From a virus (Duplodnaviria > Caudoviricetes): a stretch of 24,371 nt of DNA. The notes beneath the pieces are model-generated. The model did not search any database and was not told where the DNA came from. It worked only from the letters and a program-made list of their open reading frames with translations. The translations under genes and the position numbers were made by a program. Where the stretch lies: positions 1 through 24,371 of IMG/VR virus record IMGVR_UViG_3300043395_001073; one strand, given 5' to 3'. Of the stretch, positions 1 to 11,700 are shown in pieces. Position 1 is the first letter of the stretch. Each line of letters opens with the position of its first letter.

Positions 1-1121
1 AATAGACGGGCAGAAATGGTCTCTACATCATAACCATTCACATATGCCTTTCCTGGACCAATTTGGTACACCATCAAATCTTCTGATGGTGAATTTCCAT
101 TTACGGTCGATTGTCCATTAAAATAAATTCCGTTAGATAGAATTCTGTCATTTAAACTATCTCTAACTGCAAAACTAAATGGTTTTACAAAGTAATTTCC
201 AGATTCATCATAAGTTCTTCTTGCTAGTTCATCTCTAATGAGATTATATTGCGCATTCTTGTCAAAGAAGGTTGGGTGACCACCCTCAACACGCATAATC
301 TCAACGAAATTATCCGTATCAAAATCAGTTATAGATTTTTTGGCAAGTTCAAGTTCAATCTTAAATCTATCTGCCCCAGGAGCTGCGTAGTTTGAGTACC
401 CCTGAGCATTATCAAATAAACTATTGTCTTCGCCAGCACTTACAATAGATTCAATAACATTAAATCCAACTCTATAGGATGGAGTGTTTCCATACTGATC
501 CAGTAAGATTCTTTGCTCAGAGACTCTGCAGAAGAATCCACGAACAAAATATACACCATTAGCAACAACTACAGATGATCCTTCAGATCTTGCATTTGTT
601 GAAATTGTGTCACAAACTCCTTGCCCAACAGGAATAGTATAATTTCCATATGTTAATGAAGTCTCTAGTGTTAAAGTTTCTCCACTAACAAACGTTTTAT
701 TTGTGAAATCAACCCCACCACTTTCAATATATCTCAAATAAATTGTGTAATTGCCTCTCTCAGATTCTGATGCACTAAGGACATAGAAAATTTCACCAAC
801 AACGCCACTAATAGATCCTTTGACTTTCTTGCCAAGTAGTTCATTAAAGTATAATGAAATGGGAATTCCATTATATGATTCCTTTAATTCTACTGCCTCA
901 ACTGGATTGTCATACCGGAGTTGTCCGGGGATGACAACAGATCCCTCTTTGAAGATGTGGCGACCAAATTGTTCAGTCTGATTCTGTAGAATAGACTGTA
1001 ACGTGGTTAGTTCTCTTGCCTGAATTGGAACCCCAGGGTTAAAAAGAACCTTGTAGAAATTTTTACTTGCGTCAAAATCGTCAAAATATGGCGATACATT
1101 AAGATTAGATTCTTGGGGCAT
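1..1121 (-). CDS. VrlC-like (DUF4815-type) virion structural protein, N-terminal part; runs off window start
   Basis: Not in ORF track (truncated). ATG at 1121 reads MPQESNLNVSPYFDDFDASKNFYKVLFNPGVPIQARELTTLQSILQNQTEQFGRHIFKEGSVVIPG, the typical N-terminus (PYFDDF...QARELT.LQSILQNQ) of the VrlC-like protein that follows gp8 in T4-like cyanophages. Starts 6 nt after the gp8 stop. Confidence 0.85.
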   Translation of the reverse strand, partial: MPQESNLNVSPYFDDFDASKNFYKVLFNPGVPIQARELTTLQSILQNQTEQFGRHIFKEGSVVIPGQLRYDNPVEAVELKESYNGIPISLYFNELLGKKVKGSISGVVGEIFYVLSASESERGNYTIYLRYIESGGVDFTNKTFVSGETLTLETSLTYGNYTIPVGQGVCDTISTNARSEGSSVVVANGVYFVRGFFCRVSEQRILLDQYGNTPSYRVGFNVIESIVSAGEDNSLFDNAQGYSNYAAPGADRFKIELELAKKSITDFDTDNFVEIMRVEGGHPTFFDKNAQYNLIRDELARRTYDESGNYFVKPFSFAVRDSLNDRILSNGIYFNGQSTVNGNSPSEDLMVYQIGPGKAYVNGYDVETISARL

Positions 1122-1127
1122 GATACT

Positions 1128-2687
1128 TTAGAATTGCAAAATTACTTTAATATCTTCTTTTTGGTTTGATGATCTGGTAATAGATGGTCTATTATCAACG
1201 TAGACAATATTTCCTGAGTGTGGTTTAACTTCTGGATTGGACAGACCGCTCACAAAAGTTTGGCCAAGATAATATGTCTTATTATTTATTACGGAACTTG
1301 AACCACTAAATGATGTATCAATATCGAAATATGTAATTCCGTCTTCTTGATAAATCCTAGTATTTCCGCCAGATGCTGCAACAGATGAAAACCCAACTAA
1401 ACTATATCCATATTGTGGTGACGTGTCTGCGGTTCCGTTGGTATTGAAACCAACCAAAGTCCTATCCTGCCAATACTTCAAAATACCTGTGTTTTGATCA
1501 TATGAAACAACTCTTCCAACAGCAGTATTTCCAGTTCCGACTGTCTGTGTGATAAAACTATCGCTAGAAAATGTTGCTGCGCTATATCCAGCTCCAGTTA
1601 ATTTAATTGCATGTAGAGCAGATGCTTTTTCTGAATTTAATACAGTTGCGGAATTATATGCTTCCGGAGACTCGACTATTCCAATTCTTGCAATCTGATT
1701 TCCTGTAATGAAATCTGGATTTTGCACGTCGTTGGCAAGTCTTGAATAAATTAGAACGTTATATGCTCCCAATTCTCTATAAATATCTGCTCCATGACCG
1801 CCAGCTGGCGGCATAATAACTTCAAATGTTGGTGCTGTGGTTCCGGTTGGAACACCACCAGCAACTAAATCAATTGTTCCATAGGTATAACCGGATCCGC
1901 CGGAAGAAACTGTAACACTCTCTACTGTAGAATCGTTATTGATAACAATAGTTGCTTTTGCGCCAGATCCATCACCACTAATAGGAACGTTAGTATACGT
2001 TACATTTGGACTTCCCAGGGCAACACCACGATTCTTGATAAGAATTGTCTTAATCTGACCACTAGTTTCTGCGTTCTCTCTAACTAGAGCATTATCATCA
2101 CTTGTCTTCCAATTCTTTGGAACGGGAATGAAGTTTAGCGAGTCAAATTTTACAATATCAGTTGGATTGATTGTGTAAAGGTATTTCCAAATATATCCAT
2201 CACCACTATTACCAGCAGATCGTGGCTCAAGATCTGTGAATTTTGGTTCATCCAGAGATGGCTTTCCTTGTGGGTTCTCGGGGTCTTGACCATTATTCAA
2301 ACAAATATAAACTCTAAAGTCACTATTAATTACATAATAGTTTGATGAGTATAGGCTAGTCGCTCCGGATGGTTGTGATGGATTGGTTCTCGTAATATTA
2401 TGACGATAAAGGTCGTAAGTAACACCAGAACTCCATTCATTTTTTCTAATAACCTGCTTAACATCCTCAGGTTTAATCTTGATCATAGCGATCATGGTGT
2501 CCCAGTAATTATTCTCCTCATCAAAACTATCCTTGGGGGCGGGGGGTGCATTATCCCAGTTTGAATCAACCTCAGATGCGTTTGGAAGCCCCACAAACAT
2601 ATAATACGAATTGTCCGTAGATGAAACTTCATTTACGAACGTCTTCGCATTTAAAATTCTTAGTTGGTCGGTGATAATCGCAGCCAT
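1128..2687 (-). CDS. gp8: baseplate wedge subunit gp8
   Basis: 519 aa; MAAIITDQLRILNA start, YYVINSDFRVYICLNNG, DGYIWKYLYTI, GHGAD...ELGA, and C-terminal SGNIVYVDNRPSITRSSNQKEDIKVILQF typical of T4-type gp8; synteny gp25-gp6-gp7-gp8. Confidence 0.9.
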   Translation of the reverse strand: MAAIITDQLRILNAKTFVNEVSSTDNSYYMFVGLPNASEVDSNWDNAPPAPKDSFDEENNYWDTMIAMIKIKPEDVKQVIRKNEWSSGVTYDLYRHNITRTNPSQPSGATSLYSSNYYVINSDFRVYICLNNGQDPENPQGKPSLDEPKFTDLEPRSAGNSGDGYIWKYLYTINPTDIVKFDSLNFIPVPKNWKTSDDNALVRENAETSGQIKTILIKNRGVALGSPNVTYTNVPISGDGSGAKATIVINNDSTVESVTVSSGGSGYTYGTIDLVAGGVPTGTTAPTFEVIMPPAGGHGADIYRELGAYNVLIYSRLANDVQNPDFITGNQIARIGIVESPEAYNSATVLNSEKASALHAIKLTGAGYSAATFSSDSFITQTVGTGNTAVGRVVSYDQNTGILKYWQDRTLVGFNTNGTADTSPQYGYSLVGFSSVAASGGNTRIYQEDGITYFDIDTSFSGSSSVINNKTYYLGQTFVSGLSNPEVKPHSGNIVYVDNRPSITRSSNQKEDIKVILQF

Positions 2688-2707
2688 TACTTCACTAGTT
2701 TTTTATC

Positions 2708-2714
2708 TATTTAG
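2708..2714 (-). promoter_or_regulatory. T4-type late promoter-like box (CTAAATA) upstream of gp8
   Basis: Minus-strand CTAAATA in the 30-nt gap between gp7 and gp8; resembles the gp55-dependent TATAAATA. Confidence 0.6.
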
Positions 2715-2717
2715 TAA

Positions 2718-5700
2718 TCAAATAACATACCCCTTATATCTGAGATTATTAAATCTTCTGATAATTGGATAACTATTTTGATCAGTAACAGCGGTATTTC
2801 TAATGACTGATGTGTGAGCGACCTTAGAATATGGAGTTAAATTGACTCCACTTTCGACCTGCGCACCCCAAACTGCAAATGTGTTCAAACTTATTGCATT
2901 ATATACAATAAAGTTGTGTGCTGCAGTTGCTCCCGCGCTGAATGTGAATGATGCCCTATACCAACCGTTTTCTTGTGGAATCAGGGTTTCGTTAAACGTT
3001 GTTCCTGTTTTATTTGTAATTGTGGGAACTGCCACATCAAAATTAAGATTTACAGCAACTGAGGTTCCTGAATTGGATCCAAAATAGATCTTTTGGGAAC
3101 CAGAAATTGGTTTCACATAAATGCTGTATGTATAATTTGTTCCTGAAGTGAGAGATCGTGTGGTAGTTGTCAGACCAGTATCTGCGCTAGTGCTGATAAT
3201 TGTTGCACCTAGGGTAGATGTAAATGGAGCATCTTGATCGTATGAAACTGTGATTGTGCCAGTTTGTGCCCATCCTTGTTCAAATTCACTATACGTGATC
3301 AGGTTTTCGCCCCTATATGCGCCAAAGGAAGATCCACCAACTCTTTGTAGATCATAAAGTCTTCCCCATGAATACTCACCAAAGAAATTACTATGCCCAA
3401 GCCCAATAAAATTGGCATAACTATCAACTTTGGTTGTAACTCTAGCAACCCATGTTAAACCAAGACCAACGGCGTGCGTTTGTGCGATTGAAACTGCTTC
3501 TGCTTTAAAGATGTTGTCGAAGAATGTCGTTCCAATTCCAATAGGAGTATTATCACTTTCCAAAGAAATTACTTTATTACCGACGTTGGAATTTGAAACT
3601 CTGAAGTAATATCCAGTTTGAATACCACTTACACCTGTAGTTGCAACACCGACAGATCCACTTACATAAGTATTGCGCAAGAATGAATTTTTTGGAATTA
3701 CAAAGTCAAATACCAATCCTGTAGTAACTCCCGCATATGATGTTGTTTTAATGCCGGAGATGATTCCAAAATCACCCTGATATGATACTGACATGAACTC
3801 ATTATCGATCACAGGATCATTAATCAATACTGGCGGAGCAGATATTGATGTCACAAGCAATTGTAATGGAGAAGAAAGAACAACATTAGTTCCTTCAAAA
3901 CTAACCACATCAACATATAGTTGATCATTAACCACATAACCAGATCCATTCGCAGACAATTCAACGTCAATAACGTCACCGTTAATAATGGTAATATCAA
4001 CTAAGGCATTTACTCCAGTACCAGTTCTATTTTTAACCCTTACATTCGAGAATGTATATGTTGCACCAGTATTTGTCCACCCAGTTCCATTTGAAAGGAT
4101 GGAAATACTTTCAACAGCAGCAATAGAATACCCATCGCCTGCGTTGGTAATATTGAGAGAAGTGACAGACCCCGAGGTTGTAACCCCAACTGTTCCAGTT
4201 GCCCGTGAAGTTGAGGTTATTCCGGAAGAAACGCCAAAAGATATTGTATGTGTTGTATCATCATTATACCCAACACCACCATTTGTAATAGTGATCGCGG
4301 TGATTGACCCACCAGCAGAAACCGTACAAGTTGCTGCGGCCGACACGACATTCTTATTTTCGTGAACAATAATATCATCTTGATTTTTCTCAAGAACAGT
4401 TGGATATTCTCTATTGTGGTCGAAGAATGTTTTGACATTATCAACAAATATTTCTGTTGACGTGTTGGTAAAATCTTTAATTACCGTGGCAGTTGGGAAG
4501 ATATTTGCCTCATACAATTCTCTATCCTTACCAATTTCTTCTCCATCAAGAATAATGTCTTCTGTTTGGCGAGTCCAGGAAAGTGGTCTTTCATAAGTCT
4601 CATCTGGATTAATCCCAGAACCAAAGTAAATATTTGTTGCGACAGCATCAGTTGCAACAACATCAGTCACGAGTCTGGGATCTTCTTGATATAGGATGTT
4701 ACTATCATTCAGAGTTACTCTATCACCAACCTTAATTGTATCAAGAACTTCAACGTCGATTGTATCAACATCAGAGGTTCCTCTGTAGAATAGAATGGAG
4801 CATCTATCACCAAATCTTGGTGGTAGTGAGAATGTAATAGTAGAACCACCATCAAACTCATATGCATCACCTGGAACCTGTAGAACGTTGTTGATGAATA
4901 CCAACAACAGGGCATCTTCGCGAACGTTTGATCCAATTCTTGCGCGAATACTTGTTCTTTCTCCGTTAAAGGCGAGTGGGAATGTTACATCAACATTATT
5001 GAATAGTGAATTTATAGAGTCTAAAACCTGAAGATCCCCAATAGTCCATCCAACAAAGTCATCTACCCCAATAGACTCAACTGTTAATTGGAATTCTCTG
5101 AATGGTTTTGTTACATCTGTTGGAATTCCAGTAAGACCACCAATTGGAACTGTCAAAATCTCACCATTACCATATGCATATCCAGCATTCAATATATCGA
5201 ATGAGGCTACGCTAGAACCAGAACCAACCGTCAATTCAATTAAAGTTTCTGTTCCGATGCCAATAACAGCAGAACTGGAAGAATATTTTAGTGGAATATT
5301 GCTGTAAGGAAGTGGTTCATCAATAATAACAATCGGTCTATTAGTATCAGTATACCCAGATCCCGGATTTGTAATCACACAATTTTTCGAAACTCTTCCG
5401 GAAACGACTGTGGTAAATCCAATAAATTCGCGGTTATTGATGTCTGTTTGAGCAACGCTAATGTTCACCAATCCTACAGTTGGAGCAAGTAATTCAATAT
5501 GTGCATATGTACCCGCAGATATTGCCGTGGATGGCCCACTACCAACACCAACTCTGATAAATGTATTTCCAACACTTACAATAGAAACGTTAGTAAGTGC
5601 TGTTCCAACACTAATTCTATTGCTTGTGGAATATGCCAATTTATTTAATACTGCCTCTGTATTTGCTAGGTAGATTACTGTGGATCCAACACCAACTGGG

Positions 5701-8700
5701 TGATTAACAACGGCAACAATTTCATACTCAGAACTTCCCCTATATCCACCACCCGTATTTCCAATCGATATAGTTTGGATTGTCCCACCGACAGAAACTT
5801 TTACAGTTGCGCCAGCAGAAACACGTGTCTGATAACCAAATCCTTCGGTAGTTGCTACTGATACTATTGAACCTCCCCTTGGTAGAGATGTATTATTCAC
5901 ATCATAGTTTGATGCTGTCTTGTCTCCTGTAAATGTTATTGATGTGATTCCAGAAACTTCGGTGAGTTTGTAGTCAATATTTTGTGGTGACTGGAATACA
6001 CTATTCAATAGCACAATTGCGTTGCTGGTTGAAATGCCTGTTATGTTGGATTGGTTGGATTTAAGTGAGAATTGACTTGTAATTCCATTAAATCCAGTAG
6101 ATAGATCATCAAATATAACATTTGTTGAATATGGTTCCTGTGATCCCCCAGGAACTCCGGATCTTAAGAATACTCTTCCACTAAAGGAAGAACGAACATC
6201 TAATCCAAAATAATCCTGCTCATCGGATCTAGTACCGGATAATTGTAAATTGCCATATGGAGTTTCTGCAAAATGAATGGTATTACCAACAATATTATAA
6301 TTTCCATATACCTTTCTTATCATGGCCCCAGCAGAATGCGCCGAAACAGAAGATCCCAATTGAGCTCTTCTCACAAGAATATCATTTTGTGTGCCCAAAT
6401 ATCCAATAGATCTGATTATAACAATCTCATTATCAACTTTAACTAAATCACCAGCAAAGAATGATGTAATTCCTACAAAATTCAATACTTCTTCCGCAAC
6501 ACCAACGCCAATATTCAGAGATGTTGTAACGGCAGTTGATACAACTGGGGATTGAATAACATTATCAAGTGTAATTATACACTTACTATTTTGTGATGTT
6601 GATGTAATAACATGCTCTGTTCCCACACCAACACTAGTGAGGGTCAAATATTCGTTGTTGAGAGCATCCTCGACAGTCCCTGCAGCTTGGAATACAGTAT
6701 CATCAGACTTAATCACATAGAATGTGGATGGTAATTTATTAGTTAATCCAATACCAGTAATTGTAGTTGTGGCAATACCTATTGGTTGTCCACCCAACCC
6801 AGTATCATATATGACTTTCTCACCAGAAACAAAGAAATGGTTTGGTAAGAATAATGTTGAATTTGTGAGGGATATTACCTCGGATGGATTGATAGTTTTT
6901 TCAAAAATTGGATATCCATCGTTATACAATTCAAATTCTTTTTTACGTGCCAATTCTGTTCCTTGGAACGTTCCATTAGAAAATTCCAACGAACCAACAG
7001 ACCCAAGATTGATTGTATTTTCTGAAATTCCACTTCTAACTGGACCCAAGGCAAATTGTAAGACCCTAACATCAACATTTATTCCGGAAGATGGTGTAAA
7101 TGTAAGTTCTGTTGCTGTAGTAATTCCAGCACTAATAGTTCCAAGGCTGGATCCAGTATACATAGAGGCAAATTCAAGTATCTGCGCATCAACATCATCA
7201 GTTGTTAACAGAACCTCAGACAATTGGTATTGACTATTTGTGGTGTCATGTATAGCAACAATAAAGTATGCACCACCATACACTTCACTATACTCTGATA
7301 TTTTAGTTGCGACAGTTGTTGATGCAATCGATGTATATGAAGATGCTAGAGTGGCACCTGGGAATATTGTTGATCCGATACTAGTATTTGATGCTGATAT
7401 TTGAACAACATCAACATTAAAATCATAGATTTCAGACGTAGTTGTATTTGGCACAAACCACAAATCTAATCCAGATGGTGAAAGATTTGCTGTAAATGTT
7501 CCTAATCCAGTAAATGCTGGATCATTTGATGTCGATAGTTTATTATATTCTAATATAGAAATATCAGTATCGTTATGGAGAACATTTACTTCAGTATATT
7601 CATGATAAGTCTTTGTTGTGTTTGAAATTGCAATATGGCATTTTATCGCCCTATATGTTGATGCAATTCCAACAACTGTATTGGTTGTTCCTGCACCAAT
7701 TCCAGACGCAAGAGATGTAGTTGTGGATCTTAATGATGCACAACCAAGACCATAAAAATTTGTGGATGATGTAGAGTCTGTTAGGGAGAATGATAAACCA
7801 CTCATCTCATAATCATTAAGTTCAGATTTGATTGGATAGAAGAGAATCTCATTATTATTATCGATAAAACGATAGTCGTAATCTCCAAGATCTTCAAAAC
7901 TCCAAACCTTACCAAATTGATTAATATAACCAGACCCATTATAATCTAGTGCAGTAACAAGTTGAATTTGTCTTTGGTTGGAATAGTTTTGTGATCTATC
8001 TCCAACCCACATTGCATATTTTTTAATTCTAGTTGCTGTTGAATATTGATCAGCAACACCATAATTTTGAATACCGGCAGCAACTGTAAATTCATCACTA
8101 ATATCATCAACAATTAGAGCCCTATTTCCAATCGCCTCAATATAATCTTGAATAATTCTTGTCTTAAATAGAATCTGGTCAGATTTTATAGTATTGTCAA
8201 AATTTAAAACTGTTTCGGTTGCAAGATCGAAGTCATATACGGTGTTTGTATCCACAACAGATGCTAAATCTGCCATAATTGATACGTCGCCATAATCTTG
8301 TGATGTATTGACGCCACTAGAAATATCTAAACCTAGAGAAGACTCTACCACTAGGTCACTAAATTTCTTAAAACCACTAGTGTGATTGAGATTACTGACT
8401 GCATCATCCCACTTACTCAATTCAATTTCCGACTTGAGAGAGTATGAGAAGTATTGATAATAATCACTATCATGTATTCTTTGGATGGGGTCATTCAAGA
8501 ATCCCGTATTTGTATTCCATCCCTTAGTGACAGTTGATGCAGAATCAATATTAAAGTTGGAATTATATGATTTTACGTCAAGAATAATACTTTCTAGACC
8601 ACTAACTGTAGAAACAATTGTCTCACCAACTTCAAAATTCTTAGTTCCGGCAACCTTTAGAATGTTGTTCTTGGAATCCCAATAGATTACTGTCCCAACA

Positions 8701-11700
8701 TTATTTGATGCTTTGACACTTTCCCCGACAGAGAATTGCCCCTTTTCTAAAGTCCAATTCAGAATTGGGAAATCATCCTCAAGAACTACTTTTCCATATG
8801 AAATTGATGGATTGAAGAATCCTGGTGAGGTAGATTCTGGTAAATGATCTGCCAAATTATATGTAATTGATGGATCAGGTCCTCCCAAATCTGGATCAAC
8901 AGATGTAATTGTGAACAGAGAATAGTTATAATTTGCGGAATTATAACCTAATCCCGTGCTAGTAGTAATAACATTACCATCTCTGTCTTCTGTAGTAATA
9001 CCAACGCTTGTATTTTCAATAAGGACCTTTTTACCAACAGCAAATGGAAACTGTGATATCAAACTATATGTTGATGCCAAAGAAACAACAACGTCTTTTG
9101 TTAGAGAATCATATGTGATTGTTCTAATCTTTGTCCCAATAATATTGTCTACTGGGATGATCTGTGGTTCACCATACAACCTTGTTGTGTTGTTGATAAT
9201 ATTGACCTTAGTGTTCCCCAAGGTATATCCAAGTTCAACCTCATCTAGGTGAAGACCTGTTTTGGTATCTAAAACAACAAAATTTGGTGCTAGAGTATAA
9301 TTTCTTCCCGCAGAAGATATTCCAACACTAGTAAAAGTGTATGCAGTATTAACTCTTAGTGTGTTTGGAAGAACCGTTGTCGGCCTAAGAGAAAGATCTG
9401 ATGAGTAATCGTATCCAATATTTGATAGTGTTGTCTTGCGAAGAGATCCAATCTCATCACCAACAACAACTAGATTTGAATCAATACCAGAAGAATCTAT
9501 TGAATCTATCTTTGGAATCCTCTTATAATTTTTTCCATCAGAATCTAATCTGATAGATGCGATTGAACCAATACCAGTCGCTGCATTTGTAGCATATCTA
9601 ATGAAAGAGGATGTTGAGGTATATGCATTATTCTCAGGACTTCCTTGAATGTTAAAGACAAAACTTGATGTTGTTGGTGTGTCTTTAATTGCATATGATC
9701 CATTATACAAACTATTCACCACGGAAATGGTATTATTACCAGCAACTTCATCATCAATTTCTACAGGAATTTTTGTTAATGTGTTGTCAGTAATATTGAT
9801 AGTTTCAAGTGAGTAGTAAAGAGTCTTTGGAACATCATTATTTAATTTTAAAGTACATTTTGCATCAATATCAACACCAACTGCCCCAGAATATTCAACT
9901 TCAAACTCCGATGTTGTTTGTGTTGAGTCGAAGTTATTTTCGAGTTGATTATCACGATATAGATTGAAGTCAAATGCACTCAACTGCGACAATCCAAGAT
10001 AATATGCCAAAGAAGAATCTGAAAGATCAAATTCGATCACACCATTAGATGTTACTGTGAGTGGTGGATTAATCGGTGATAGTGTCCCAATATCAGCGGA
10101 GGTTATGTCTACTGCAATATTATTTGTTGAATTGTAGATTGTATCGGCAAGTTTAATTTTATTATTGGTTACTACAATAACATAGTAGATTGCATCATTA
10201 ATCAATCCACCAGATGGCGATAGTGAATCATGAATAACTTTCTGTGATGTTACAAATCCATGATTGGGGACGGTAATTTCATTTGTTACTGTATCAACAT
10301 CATCGGCAACAAAATCAATCGGATTTGCGATCATTCTATTGTGTGTTGCATTATACTTAATGACAACATTTGTTGTCACTCCGGAGACGACAGAAAGATC
10401 GATCTTGTCCCCAATATTCAATCCATGAGTTTGTGCCGTAGAAACTGTAACGACTCTTTTTGTTATAGATCCTTCTAGCGAATCATCATATGACTTAAAC
10501 AAACTATGGTACACACCTGTACCTATTCCAGTAAAGTATAGCAGTCCAGATGCCGTTAGACCTGTGCCAACATAAGTTCCCACAGAGTTTAACCCGACCC
10601 TTACTGTAGACAGACCAATCAAATCATTTGAGAGTTTTGCAACATATAAATCAGTACCACTTGCAAGAATTGATGTTGTAATACCTGGATCATGTCTAAC
10701 TACGATTCCATCTCCACCATTTGTGGAGTATACCACCTTATCGCCGGTGATGAGATTGTGTCCTGGAAGATATACTGTTCTGGTTGGAATTGTGATCTGA
10801 GTAATTCCGGCACCTGGACTTGAGAATTTTAATGTAGAATTAATCCCAACACCAGCGGTTGTTCCCAATCCAACGGTCTCTATTGGTTTAAAATAATACT
10901 GTCTATGCAGATTTTGGGAGTATGATGTTGATATTCCAAATGTAACTCCAAACTTCTTGCTTCTTTCTGTAAGTGCAAATCCAACCGGAAGAGAAGCAAC
11001 ACCAACTGTACCATTTTGGTTGCGCAGAACTCTAATTCTCTGTGAGAATGGATCAACATTTAGAATCTTAACCTGTTCCGGACCAAACTGGTAAATGTCA
11101 TTTTCTTTAATTGTTGGATACTTCAAATTACCCACAACATTCAGATAAGTGACTATCCCAGATACGGATGTAGTATCTGACTGTGTGGTGAGGAACAGAC
11201 GATTCTCATCATATCTAATTACGTCAAAGGATGTAGATTCTCCCTCAATATCAATTTGAACCTCATCAAGATTTGTTAGGTTGTGAATAGTAGTTGAGAA
11301 TCCAACGTATGTGTATGGAACTCTGCCTTCAGATTTGATGAATTGAATATTATTAATGGTTGTAGATGCTGTGCTTACCTGTGTTACATTTTTTCCATAC
11401 ACCTTTTCAATATGTGCAGCGGCACCAGAACCACCACTACCACTTTCATCAAAGATTAATTCTTGGTTTGGAGAGTATCCACTACCACCATCTATGATGG
11501 AAATAGAATCAATCTTTCCAGATCCAATATATTCAACCTTTGCAAATGCAGATCTAATAACATCAAGTGTTGGAATAAACTCATACCGACTATTTTCCTC
11601 AAGGATGTGATATGGAGTTGTATTTCTTAATAAACGATTTTCATTAATATCAAACGAATCCTGATTACTTGATGCAATATAGTTAAATGTAATTGGTTCT

